DNA of 58,540 nucleotides from Actinomycetota bacterium (GTDB lineage: Bacteria; Actinomycetota; Thermoleophilia; RBG-16-64-13): the NCBI GenBank assembly GCA_023483915.1, contig JAMDEO010000128.1, forward strand, positions 1-58,540. The letters are read 5' to 3'. A model generated the notes under the pieces. It worked only from the letters and a program-made list of their open reading frames with translations. It was not told the DNA's origin and made no database searches. The position numbers and the translations under genes are program-made. Shown here piece after piece: positions 1 through 9,092 of the stretch (within the stretch, counting starts at the first letter, position 1; the number at the start of each line of letters is the position of its first letter).

Positions 1-2235
1 GCAGGTCTCGATCTCCCTGAGCCAAGTTATGTCGTCGTGCTGGGAATGGACCCCCCAACGCGGATGGTTGCTCATGGCGAGAAGCGGATACTTCTTCGAT
101 CTTGCCGTACCGATGGTCTCCTGATGCGACTCACCCTCCGGTATCCAATGCGGCACGGGTGGCCGTTCGGGATCGTCGGGGAAATGCTCCGCAAGCCCGG
201 TGGAGTAGAACTCGAGCTTCCCCGTGGGCGTCGAGAGTGGATTTTTCTCGGGATCCTCGTAGAACTTGATGAGGCCGGCCGGGTCCTTCTCCCAATCCGG
301 GTCGGGCGGGACCACGTAGTAGCCCTTCTCGTTCAAATCCTCCCAGCTTATCCTGTCGGCGCAGCCCGAATGCTCCCAGCCGGACTTGATGATCTCCGGG
401 ATTGTCATGCCGTCGGTGTATTCCTCCAACAAGCCCAGGCGCTCTGCGATCTTGCAGACGACCTCGTAGTCACTGAACGATTCGCCCAGGGACTCCATGC
501 AGCGAGGCTGCACGAAAAGCAGGTCCATCTGACCGCTGCAGACATCGCTACCGATGTCGTCTTCCTCGAGACAGGTGTTGACCGGCAGGATGACATCGGC
601 AAAGAGGGCATCGTTCTCGATCCAAGGATGCTGGGCAAAGATGAACTCTATCGACTCGTCGCGCATCGCCCTGATGAAATTGTTGCCATCGTTCCAACAG
701 GTGATCCACGAGGGTGAGTCCGTCCAGATCATGTGCACCTTTGAGCAGCCGTCGGCGGGATACTTATACTGAACGAACTGTTCCGTGCGGTCGCCACCCA
801 AGCCGTACTTGTTGCCATACCATGTGCCTTGGCCCTCGAGGATGAGTTTGGGGACGAGCGTCTTCGGGATCAATGACTCGCTGCCTGGCTCCGGGGGAAG
901 GTCCCCGCGGTAAGCGGAGTCCGTGTTCACCACAGTCTGGGGTTTCGGTGCCGACATGAATCCTGGGATGTAGCGCAGCGACCACTCGATCATCTTGGCC
1001 TGGTTACGGCCCGGCTTGCCCAACCCCTGCATCGCGAGACATATAGCCTGGAGACGGGCGGGCTCGGTGGCGTAAGGGCCGCGGATGCCCGGGCCACCGT
1101 TACTGATCACTGTCGACGTGCGCTTTGAGGCCCATTCATCTGCCAGGGCCCTGATTGTACGAGCAGGGATTCCAGTGATGGGGGCCGCCCACTCCGGGCT
1201 TTTGGGCACACCGTCTTCCTCGCCCAAAACATAGGCCTCGAACCTGTCGACCCCGTAGGCGTGGGTGCCCAGGTATTCCTTGTCGTATGTTCCGATAGTG
1301 AACCACCGGTGGGCTATGGCGAGATAGAGCGCGGCGTCGGTATTCGGAAGGATAGGGATCCACTTGTCTGCATGGACCGCGCCGGCGTAATTGAGGTCAG
1401 GGGCGATGTAGATCTGCTTGATTCCGAGCCCTGTCCACCAGTAGCTCAACCGGCTGCATAGCTGACCGCCCCAGCCCCAAGTCGTTGTCTCCAGGTCGCA
1501 GCCCCAGTGCAGGAGCAACTCCGCATTCTTGGCGATGTCATAAAGGATGTTGTTCTGGGGCACCTGCTGACCAAGGGGTTCGCATCCCCAGACATGCTTG
1601 GCTCCCCACCACCAGCCCTCCCAACTGTCGGTGTTGCGGACCTGGTGGGTGTAGCCGCCAAAAAGCCGCAGCAGCTTGCGGCCGCAACCGTGGGGACCGT
1701 GGACGTACTTGTTTTCGCCATGCTGGTCGTTCTGATAGAGGATGGCCGTGGGTCCATAGGTTTCCTTGACCCGGAGCAACTCACTCGTGATGATGTCAAG
1801 CGCCTCGCTCCAAGAGATCCGCACGTATTTGCTGGCACCGCGGTTCTGGATGTTGCGGCCGCCCGGGCCGACCGATCCAGGAGCGCCGCCGGCATCGAAA
1901 TCTATTCGCTTCATGGGGAAGCGGATGCGGGCGGGGGAGAAGACCCGTTTCTTGTAGGCCAGGCTGAGAGGAGGAACCAAGCTCTTTTCGCTGGGCTCGA
2001 AGGTCTTGCCGCGGGCGTGCATCACCCAGGGCTTGACTTCCTCCTTGGTGTACTTGTCATAGTAGCGGAGCGGTCGGATGCGCAAGATCTTCCCATCCTT
2101 GACATCAACCATGCAGGCATTTGCTCCCTGACCGGCCCCAAGCCAACTGATATCGCGGACAATCGTCCTCTGTCCCGATGTCCCGGCCAGATCTTCTTCG
2201 CCCTCTTGCATCTCTTGGTCCCCCTGACGAAACAT
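1..2235 (-). CDS. Molybdopterin (bis-MGD) oxidoreductase, DMSO-reductase superfamily, pyrogallol hydroxytransferase large-subunit-like; partial, C-terminus runs off the left edge
   Basis: My own reverse-strand translation gives one open frame from ATG 2235 (alternative ATG 2211) to base 1: MFRQGDQEMQEGEEDLAGTSGQRTIVRDISWLGAGQGANACMVDVKDGKILRIRPL...ARGKTFEPSEKS...RNTDSWEGWWWGAKHVWG...PLLAMSNHPRWGVHSQHDDITWLREIETC. I checked the frame codon by codon at 2235-2100, 1080-1021 and 120-1. The gene is absent from the ORF track because there is no stop inside the window. The + ORFs 37..717 and 1507..2286 are its antisense shadows. There is no Tat signal and no N-terminal CxxCxxxC motif. Confidence 0.75.
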   Translation of the reverse strand, partial: MFRQGDQEMQEGEEDLAGTSGQRTIVRDISWLGAGQGANACMVDVKDGKILRIRPLRYYDKYTKEEVKPWVMHARGKTFEPSEKSLVPPLSLAYKKRVFSPARIRFPMKRIDFDAGGAPGSVGPGGRNIQNRGASKYVRISWSEALDIITSELLRVKETYGPTAILYQNDQHGENKYVHGPHGCGRKLLRLFGGYTHQVRNTDSWEGWWWGAKHVWGCEPLGQQVPQNNILYDIAKNAELLLHWGCDLETTTWGWGGQLCSRLSYWWTGLGIKQIYIAPDLNYAGAVHADKWIPILPNTDAALYLAIAHRWFTIGTYDKEYLGTHAYGVDRFEAYVLGEEDGVPKSPEWAAPITGIPARTIRALADEWASKRTSTVISNGGPGIRGPYATEPARLQAICLAMQGLGKPGRNQAKMIEWSLRYIPGFMSAPKPQTVVNTDSAYRGDLPPEPGSESLIPKTLVPKLILEGQGTWYGNKYGLGGDRTEQFVQYKYPADGCSKVHMIWTDSPSWITCWNDGNNFIRAMRDESIEFIFAQHPWIENDALFADVILPVNTCLEEDDIGSDVCSGQMDLLFVQPRCMESLGESFSDYEVVCKIAERLGLLEEYTDGMTIPEIIKSGWEHSGCADRISWEDLNEKGYYVVPPDPDWEKDPAGLIKFYEDPEKNPLSTPTGKLEFYSTGLAEHFPDDPERPPVPHWIPEGESHQETIGTARSKKYPLLAMSNHPRWGVHSQHDDITWLREIETC

Positions 2236-2382
2236 CCCGATGCGACCGATCAGCCGCTAGTTTATCTGCCCCGACGTCGATCATAGCGAAGCCTGGCCGG
2301 CCATCCAACCAGTTGTTCGGACGGACCCCTCCAAGGGAGAACAACCTCCGGAGTGGAAGAACCCCGGGGAGGAAAAGACTAA

Positions 2383-3261
2383 TCAGAATTCCGTCTCTGT
2401 GGCGATCCCCATTAGTTCATCTCGCATGGTCGTGACTGCCTGTCCGGCGATGAGCACGCGATCATCGGCCGGCGTCACTCGCACGACACCGCCTCGAGCT
2501 GACGCTTGGAAGGCGACGAGCTCAGCCTTCCCGAGCTTATGGCTCCAGTATGGGGCCAAAGCACAATGGGCGGAACCCGTGACCGGGTCCTCGTTCACAC
2601 CTACTCCCGGCGCGAAGAAACGGGAAACAAAATCATAGTCCTGGGTCTGTCCGCTGCTGCCCTTGCCCGGGACGCCGCCGGGTCCACGGTCCGGATCGGC
2701 CCGGCTCGTGACGATGAAACCCCTTGCCCCCAACCTCCGCAACTGGTCGAATTTGGGACTAAGACGTCGGACCGTGCTTTCGCCGGCAACCTCGAGGAAG
2801 AAGTCGAAGCGTGTCAGGCCGACGAACGATGGGTCGTCTGCGAGCCCGAGAGCTTCGGATAGACCGCTGGGAGCGGGCGTCTGTTGCGGAGGAGTTGCCG
2901 GGAAGTCCATCTCGATCCAGTCGCCCGTCCGCGAAGCCGTCAGGAGCCCGCTAAGGGTCTGGAAGCGGGCCACTTCAGTGGGGCCGAGCATCCCCGTTTC
3001 CCACAGGATGTGAGCGCTCGCCAACGTTGCATGGCCGCAAAGTTCGACCTCTGCGGCAGGTGTGAACCAGCGGAGTGAAAAAGTCTTCTGAGTCTGCGCC
3101 GTCGGCACCAGGAAGGCGGTCTCTGAGAGGTTGATTTCACCGGCCAAGGCCTGCATCCATCTTTCCGTGGCAGCTTTGGCCAAGATACACACGCCGGCCG
3201 GGTTGCCCGAAAAGGGCCGGTCAGAAAAAGCATCCACGATGTAAACGATGATGGGCGTCAT
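2383..3261 (-). CDS. PhzF family phenazine-biosynthesis-like isomerase
   Basis: 292-aa ORF with PhzF/YddE blocks: IVDAFSDRPFSGNPAGVCIL, INLSETAFLV, LRWFTPAAEVELCGHATLASAH, DPVTGSAHCALAPYW. Confidence 0.9.
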   Translation of the reverse strand: MTPIIVYIVDAFSDRPFSGNPAGVCILAKAATERWMQALAGEINLSETAFLVPTAQTQKTFSLRWFTPAAEVELCGHATLASAHILWETGMLGPTEVARFQTLSGLLTASRTGDWIEMDFPATPPQQTPAPSGLSEALGLADDPSFVGLTRFDFFLEVAGESTVRRLSPKFDQLRRLGARGFIVTSRADPDRGPGGVPGKGSSGQTQDYDFVSRFFAPGVGVNEDPVTGSAHCALAPYWSHKLGKAELVAFQASARGGVVRVTPADDRVLIAGQAVTTMRDELMGIATETEF

Positions 3262-3456
3262 TGTCCGTACTCTATCAGGTTGCTGAAGAATGACGCTCTA
3301 TCGCACCCGCCCCGGGTGCCCTCTGGGCGGGCACCCGAGTGCGTTATGGTGGCCAAGGCTTCATTCTTCAGCAACCTTCCGGCATATGCCCGCAGCGGCC
3401 AGCTGATAAGCTGGTACCCTGAAATTGCCCCGCGATTCTTATGCTGTCCCCGGAAG

Positions 3457-4356
3457 ATGGGAAACGGAATGAGCCTTGCAGAGCTTCTCGCAAGCGATAG
3501 GAAGACGATCTTCTTTGACGGCGCCATGGGGACCAGGTTGGGGGAATTGGGCCTGGAAATGGGAGGCCAGAACAATGTCACCAACCCCGATGCCGTTCGG
3601 GATGTTCACCGGCAATATGCCGCCTGTGGGATCGACCTCCTGATCACCAATACCCTGACCATGAATAGGGTCAATATCGAGTCCCACAAGATTGGTGTAG
3701 ATGTGCGCGACGTCAATCTCGCCGGGGCGCGTCTCGCCAGGGAAGCCGCCCGCGAGGGCCAGTACGTCTTGGGTGACATGAGCTCCACCGGGAAGATGCT
3801 TAAACCGTACGGACAGCTGTCCGAAGAAGACGCCTACGAGACTTTCAGGGAGCAGGCGTCCCTCTTGGGCGAAGGTGGGGTGGACGGGCTCATCATCGAG
3901 ACCATGTTCGACCTTCGCGAGGCGGTCTGCGCCGTGCGCGCGGCCAAAGAGGCAACGGAGCTCCCAGTCATGGCCTCGATCGCCTTCAAGACGGCCGCCA
4001 ACGGGGGACGTACGATCATGGGGAATACCGCCCGGGACTGCGCCGAAGCCCTGGCCGGCGCGGGAGCGGTTGTGGTTGGAGCGAACTGCGGAAACGTCGA
4101 CCCGTTGGAAATGGCCGAGCTCGTCTCGATGATGCGGGAGGTGACTTCTCTGCCCATCATCGCGCAGCCGAACGCTGGCAAGGGCACGCTTGTGGATAAG
4201 CGCCTTGTCTTCGACATGTCGCCCGATCATTTCGCCGGCGGTGTGGAGCAGTGCGTGAAAGACGGAGCCCGGTTCGTCGGCGGTTGCTGCGGGACCTCTA
4301 CTGCCCATATCAAGGCGATGGTGGAGTTGCTCACGCCGCATCCATCTGCCCAGTAG
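3457..4356 (+). CDS. Homocysteine S-methyltransferase domain protein (Pfam S-methyl_trans type)
   Basis: ORF 3280..4356, with the start moved to in-frame ATG 3457 (MGNGMSLAELL). Family blocks present: FFDGAMGTRL, DLLITNT, GANCG and FVGGCCGTSTAHI, which give the zinc-binding Cys context of MetH-N/BHMT/MmuM-type enzymes. Confidence 0.8.
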   Translation: MGNGMSLAELLASDRKTIFFDGAMGTRLGELGLEMGGQNNVTNPDAVRDVHRQYAACGIDLLITNTLTMNRVNIESHKIGVDVRDVNLAGARLAREAAREGQYVLGDMSSTGKMLKPYGQLSEEDAYETFREQASLLGEGGVDGLIIETMFDLREAVCAVRAAKEATELPVMASIAFKTAANGGRTIMGNTARDCAEALAGAGAVVVGANCGNVDPLEMAELVSMMREVTSLPIIAQPNAGKGTLVDKRLVFDMSPDHFAGGVEQCVKDGARFVGGCCGTSTAHIKAMVELLTPHPSAQ

Positions 4357-4458
4357 CCGCCGCCGGGAACTTGGCCGCCTACGGCCGGGCCGCCTTCCGT
4401 AGGCTGGCAGCGTCTGTCACGCGGCTTAGGGTCAGCCCCGGGCGGGCACGATTGGCGG

Positions 4459-5240
4459 GTGGAATTCCTCAAAGAACTGGTCAACAAGTGGTAGGCCGAT
4501 GAGATATCCCGCCGGGCTGCTGCTCTTGCTTTCCATGCTTTCCTTTCGCTCGCCCCGCTCTTTATCATCATCGTCTCGATCTTAGGAATTGCCTACGGCA
4601 GGACCTCCGCTGAAGCAGGCCTGCTCGATCAGGCACAGCGGGTTATGGGTCCCACCGCGACCTCTGCTCTGAAGACAATCCTGGACAATGCCGGAAATCA
4701 CACGGCTGGCGTTGTTGGTCTGGCACTTGGCTGGTTTCTCCTCATTCTCGGCGCCTCCAGGGTTCTCTCCGAGCTTCAGAACGACCTCAACCGTATCTGG
4801 ACGGTCGGCAAGAAAGGGCGGGGCGGATGGTTTGGCATGGCCGCCGACCGCGCGCTGACCCTTGCCTGCTTGCTGGGAGTAGGTGCGCTTTTGCTCGCCG
4901 GCGTCTTTGCGAGCGCTGTCGTTGCCGGATTCTCCCACCGATTAGGGCCTACCTGCCGGCTCCCGGAATCCTGCTCCAGATCGGCGAGTTTCTTGTGTTC
5001 TTCGTTATCGTCGCGCCCCTCATCGCCGTGTTTTTCGTCGTTCTTCCTAACGTCAGGCTGCGATTGTGGGAGGTCTGGGTCGGTGCGATCTTTACGGCGT
5101 TTCTCTTCAGTCTCGGCAAGGTCGCTCTCGGGGTCTATTTGGGGAGAAGTAGCACCCCTTCCAGCTTTGGGGCAGCGCCACCGACCGGATGCGCCCGAGC
5201 CACTGGCTCAGTAAGGAGCGTCTGGCGTTTACTTGGTTGA
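4459..5240 (+). pseudogene. YihY/BrkB (virulence factor BrkB / RNase BN-like) family membrane protein, disrupted
   Basis: The family motif RRAAALAFHAFLSLAPLFIIIVSILG is in frame with ORF 4645..5214, but it is preceded by an in-frame TAG at 4492-4494 (EFLKELVNKW*ADEISRR). The family then continues in another frame (ORF 4827..5240: VLPNVRLRLWEVWVGAIFTAFLFSLGKVALGVYLGRSSTPSSFGAA), so there is a frameshift near 4935-4950. The conserved C-terminal segment after YGAAG is missing in all frames. Confidence 0.7.
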
Positions 5241-5285
5241 TAGCTGGGGGAAAGAGTCGTAGCTGTCTGTGATTAGAGGAGGCTC

Positions 5286-5588
5286 ATGATGTGGCTGCAA
5301 ACCGGTCCCTACCATCTTGCGGGGTTGGTGTGGCTCATAATCATTGCCGTTGTTGTCATCGTCGCTCTCATCGCGCTCGCCATGGCATCGTCGGCGATGG
5401 CAAGGAGCAGGACTGCTGCAAGAGGCAAGTACGACCAAACCGCCATCAGCTCTCCAAACCCAGTCGGGCTCCAAGTGAATGAACCCGACTCTCTGAAGAT
5501 CTTGGACGAAAGATATGCGAGGGGAGAGATCAGCCGCGAGGAGTACGCGGAGCGCAAGACAGACCTGTCCAAACAGTGGAAGGGCTAA
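5286..5588 (+). CDS. SHOCT domain-containing membrane protein
   Basis: Strong RBS (agaggagg) 6 nt upstream, one TM helix, and a C-terminal LKILDERYARGEISREEYAERK SHOCT motif. Confidence 0.8.
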   Translation: MMWLQTGPYHLAGLVWLIIIAVVVIVALIALAMASSAMARSRTAARGKYDQTAISSPNPVGLQVNEPDSLKILDERYARGEISREEYAERKTDLSKQWKG

Positions 5589-5597
5589 GGAGCGAAG

Positions 5598-5843
5598 ATG
5601 TACATTGGTGGATCTCTCTTCTTGGTAGTTGTCGGCGCGGTCCTTGCCTGGGCCGTGAGAGTTCAATCCTCGGCGTTCGATATCCAGCTTGCGGGGATAA
5701 TCATTTTCATCGTGGGCATCTTGGGGCTAGTGGTCTCGCTCTTCTTGTGGTTCACATGGAGAAGTCGCGATGTCCCGCCTCCGCCCCCTCCGCCCCCTCC
5801 GAGGGACTATCCGCCGCTAGGCGACTATCCCCCGCCGCGGTAG
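5598..5843 (+). CDS. DUF6458-like small membrane protein with proline-rich tail
   Basis: MYIGGSLFLVVVGAVLAWAV...LAGIIIFIVGILGLVVSLFLW is a two-TM pattern typical of the actinobacterial DUF6458 family. The tail is PPPPPPPPPPRDYPPLGDYPPPR. Confidence 0.65.
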   Translation: MYIGGSLFLVVVGAVLAWAVRVQSSAFDIQLAGIIIFIVGILGLVVSLFLWFTWRSRDVPPPPPPPPPRDYPPLGDYPPPR

Positions 5844-5905
5844 AATCCACCGGCACGTGGAATCGGCACGCCCGTATTCCCGGGCATCGCCTCGGGGCGG
5901 TGGCG

Positions 5906-6470
5906 TCAGGCCCCGGGGGCACAATGTCGCCGCGGATTTCCCCTTGCGGATGAGCCGCCGTGTCCACCTCGACGTGTGCGCCTCCGCCCGCCTGGGTGAA
6001 TCCGGCGATGAGATCTTGCACGCCATTGCCGACAAGAGGCCCTGTCAGGTTTGCGGCCGTAGTGTGCCCTGAGCGAGAGTTCCACTGAAGGCACCCGCGG
6101 CAGTGGCGGATGCCTGTGGTACCGGCCAGCAGATCGACTACCACGGCACCGTTGGCCCCCTTGACGCCTGCATGAATGCTTGCGCCTGTGTGCCCCCGCT
6201 AATGTTCTGAGAATCCAGCTTGTATATGATCCCAGAGTTAAGGTTAACATTGAGGGTGATACTTCTGGTGCCACTTGTCTCAACCGGCGGCGGCACAACG
6301 TGGTAGCCACTGAGGTTCACGGTGAATTCCGCCAGCGACGAACCGGCGGTCGTCGTTGCGCCGCCTGCCGTCGTAGTTGTGACCTCAGCCGCAGTCGCAG
6401 TTATCTGGGGGATGCTGGTCGTTGTCTGACCGCCGCACGCCGCAATCGACGCCGGCAGTGAGCGGCGCAC
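5906..6470 (-). pseudogene. CHRD domain lipoprotein, frame-disrupted (true pseudogene or homopolymer assembly error)
   Basis: ORF 6138..6470(-) encodes lipobox IAAC, a Thr-rich linker and FTVNLSGYHVVPPPVETSG...YKLDSQNISGG. The CHRD core continues in another frame (ORF 5752..6144: SIHAGVKGANGAVVVDLL...AHVEVDTAAHPQGEIRGDIV). The switch lies at the C5 run 6193-6197. A second run (5911-5919) separates GEIRGDIV from a TGA at 5906-5908 that would give a normal C-terminus. Confidence 0.6.
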
Positions 6471-6598
6471 CCTGGGCTGAGGCCATTCTTCTCTATCTCA
6501 GGAGGCTGCTTTGCCTCCTCCTTCGCAGCCGTTCTCTTCTCTTCCTGGCTGCAGTGGGACGGCCGAGAGATCAGACCTGTGTGTTCCGGGCATCTGGG

Positions 6599-7717
6599 TC
6601 ATCCCAGGGAATGACGGGAGAAGAATTCCCAAATCACACGGCTGGCGTCGAAATCGCGGCACGTTGGTCCTGTAATACGTACAGGAGAGTACTGGAGGCC
6701 CCCCGGCCATGTATGACCTCCCCCTAGGACCGTGAAGAGCTGCACCTCGGTTTGGTGACGTCCGCCCGTCCAAGTGGTGCGCGTTGCTGTGGCCACGTCC
6801 AACCGAACCGTGTTGGGAAGGGAGACGGTGCTGCCCTGCGAAGAGCACTCGTCGAGCTTGACAAAGAAACGAGCCGTCTCATGGGCGGAATAAACGACCC
6901 CGCGTCCGGCCATCAGGTTAGCTGCCACCTCGCCGCCGGTGAACGGTATCAGAGGATCAGCCGTCCCGGCGATGATGAGTATGGAAATGGGCGTCGATGA
7001 AGTGAATTGGCCTGCAAGTTCCTGCGAGAGCAGGCCCGCAATTGGGGCCACTGCAGCGACCAAGTTAGGAAGGTCGCGTGCGACCCGGTAGCACATGAAT
7101 CCGCCGTTGGAAAACCCGGTTGCATAGATGCGGTGACTGTCGATGCTAAGCCGCGACTCCAGATAGTGGACGAGGTCCCTGGTAAACCCCGAGTCGTCGA
7201 TGCCCTCATCCGCGCCGTTGATACCTGGGCGGCCGTCGTTCCACGCGTGATCCACTCCGTCGGGGTAGACGACGATGAAGCCGTTTTCGTCGGCTACCGA
7301 GCTCATATGTGTTAGCTTCGCCTGCGTCGCGCCGGTACCGCCATGGCCGTGGAAGGAGATCAACAGAGGCACGCTCTTTGAACCTTCGTACGAGCGCGGC
7401 ACATGCACAAGAAAGGTGCGTACGCGGCCGCCGGAACTGATCTTGCCGGTTGTGTCGCCGTGGGGAATTGCGCCGCTGGTTGTGCTGCCAGAGGATGCAA
7501 CCGTGGTCGACGTTGACTGTGCCTGGAAGCTCGTGGCCGGCAGGGATGGAGTCGTCGTCGCCGGCAGGGTGGTGGTCGATACGGCCTGCAGTTGCGTTGT
7601 GCTCGTAGTGGTCGGCCCGGTACAACCCGACATGAGCGCAAGGCCGGTGACCAAGACCGCGACGACTGCCCCCAGAAGGCGCGAGAGATGCGAGAGCCAT
7701 CTTGCCGGTCTTGTCAT
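6599..7717 (-). CDS. Secreted PHB-depolymerase/LpqC-type esterase lipoprotein
   Basis: ORF 6599..7798, with the start moved to ATG 7717 (MTRPARWLSHLSRLLGAVVAVLVTGLALMSGC signal plus lipobox). A Thr/Ser linker follows, then LLISFHGHGG and the GFSNGGFM nucleophile elbow. Confidence 0.8.
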   Translation of the reverse strand: MTRPARWLSHLSRLLGAVVAVLVTGLALMSGCTGPTTTSTTQLQAVSTTTLPATTTPSLPATSFQAQSTSTTVASSGSTTSGAIPHGDTTGKISSGGRVRTFLVHVPRSYEGSKSVPLLISFHGHGGTGATQAKLTHMSSVADENGFIVVYPDGVDHAWNDGRPGINGADEGIDDSGFTRDLVHYLESRLSIDSHRIYATGFSNGGFMCYRVARDLPNLVAAVAPIAGLLSQELAGQFTSSTPISILIIAGTADPLIPFTGGEVAANLMAGRGVVYSAHETARFFVKLDECSSQGSTVSLPNTVRLDVATATRTTWTGGRHQTEVQLFTVLGGGHTWPGGLQYSPVRITGPTCRDFDASRVIWEFFSRHSLG

Positions 7718-7845
7718 CCTGAGACCTTCGTGTGGGTCCTTATGGTCAGGGAAGGGACATTGAGCCTGCTTGCAGATATTTCGGGCTCGGTGTGTCATGA
7801 TCCTACCAAGGTGCCGGAAACAGCGATCTCGGCCCGCAAACCTGG

Positions 7846-8895
7846 GTGGTGGCCGTGGACTCTCGCGAGCGCGTCAGAATAGCCCTGAGCGGTGGCGTTC
7901 CGGACCGGCTGCCCTGTGCTCTCGGCTTCTTCTCGCAGTCACTTTTCGGCGCTGCCGACGCGGATGAGCTATTTGAAACCGACGTCCGATTCGTGGAGTT
8001 TGAGCCTCCGTCTCAGGATGAGCGCTTCTTCGAGTATCTCGAGAACCTTCCGGCCGATGTCTATGCTGGGAGCATGACCCAACTCCGCACGTACCACGAG
8101 TGGGGATACCACCCGGGGTCGAGGTTACCCCATCCGCTGGCGCGTCTGGGCTCTGTCAAGGACCGGGCTCGGAGTATCATTCCCGATCTTCTGGACGCAG
8201 AGCGACATGCCGGGTTGGCCGGCCGGGTCCGGGAATTGCACGATCGCGGGTTGGCTGTGGCCGGTTCTCCTCCGCATCTGGGCGGTGAGCTCTTTGAGAC
8301 GGCTTGGCGCTTGCGGGGCTTCGAACAGTTCATGAAAGACCTGATCAAGCGGCCCCGCTTGGTGGACTACTTGGTCGAGCAACTTGCAGCATTGGCGACG
8401 GACAGCGCCCAGATTCTGGCGCGTGCGGGAGTGGACGTACTTGTGCTTGATGACGACGTTGCCTATAACGGCGGGTTACTGATAGGCCCGGTGACTTGGC
8501 GTCGCTTCTTCAAACCCCGGCTGGCAGGCATCATCGAGTCGGCCCGCGCGATAGCACCGGAAATCTTGGTCCTCTATCACAGCGACGGGGATTTCACGAA
8601 GCTTCTGCCCGAACTGGTGGAAGTGGGGGTAAATGCAATCAACCCGATCGCTCCGGACTGCATGGACGCTGCGGCCATAAAGCGTGAATTCGAAGGCCGG
8701 CTTTCGCTCTGGGGGACCGTGGGTGCAGCCGTGGCCTGGGACCTTGGCACTCCCGCCGAGCTCAGGGAAGAGGTGCGGAAACGGGTGGAAACCGTGGGCC
8801 GTTCGGGACTGCTGCTATCACCCAGCTACGATCTTGATTTTTGCCCGCGCGATAACGTCATGGCCTTCTTGGAGGCAGTGCGGGAATTCGGCTAG
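7846..8895 (+). CDS. Uroporphyrinogen decarboxylase (URO-D) fold family protein, MtaA/CmuA-like methyltransferase type
   Basis: 349-aa ORF with a URO-D family C-terminal pattern: VLVLDDDVAYNGGLLIGP..., LYHSDGDFTKLLPELVEVGVNAINPI, LSLWGTVG. Confidence 0.7.
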   Translation: MVAVDSRERVRIALSGGVPDRLPCALGFFSQSLFGAADADELFETDVRFVEFEPPSQDERFFEYLENLPADVYAGSMTQLRTYHEWGYHPGSRLPHPLARLGSVKDRARSIIPDLLDAERHAGLAGRVRELHDRGLAVAGSPPHLGGELFETAWRLRGFEQFMKDLIKRPRLVDYLVEQLAALATDSAQILARAGVDVLVLDDDVAYNGGLLIGPVTWRRFFKPRLAGIIESARAIAPEILVLYHSDGDFTKLLPELVEVGVNAINPIAPDCMDAAAIKREFEGRLSLWGTVGAAVAWDLGTPAELREEVRKRVETVGRSGLLLSPSYDLDFCPRDNVMAFLEAVREFG

Positions 8896-9092
8896 CCGAC
8901 TCTTGGTGTCCCGCGTGGAGAAAGCCTTCTCTGCGGAGAAACTGGCCCGGTTGGTGCCGAAGGTCCGGGGTTCCCACACCCTCAAGTTCCGCTCCAGGTT
9001 TGCCGATTACTCGTGACGTGGGGCCCGAGGGGTTGCCGAGCCGGCCGCCGTGAGGGTCGATCGCTAGCCAAGCGGGAGCCTGGGTTGGGGAC

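Noticed and set aside
37-2286. + strand ORFs 37..717 and 1507..2286
   Set aside because: Both are antisense shadows of the uninterrupted minus-strand molybdoenzyme frame, which has strong family similarity.
4492-4494. In-frame TAG in the YihY gene as possible pyrrolysine or stop-codon reassignment
   Set aside because: TAG terminates ordinary genes in this window (for example 4354-4356, 22166-22168, 26080-82). No pyl genes are seen, and the same gene also has a frameshift and a truncation.
5778-5801. CCTCCGCCCCCTCCGCCCCCTCCG microsatellite-like run
   Set aside because: It is in frame and encodes the poly-proline tail of the DUF6458-like protein. There is no evidence that it is a regulatory SSR.
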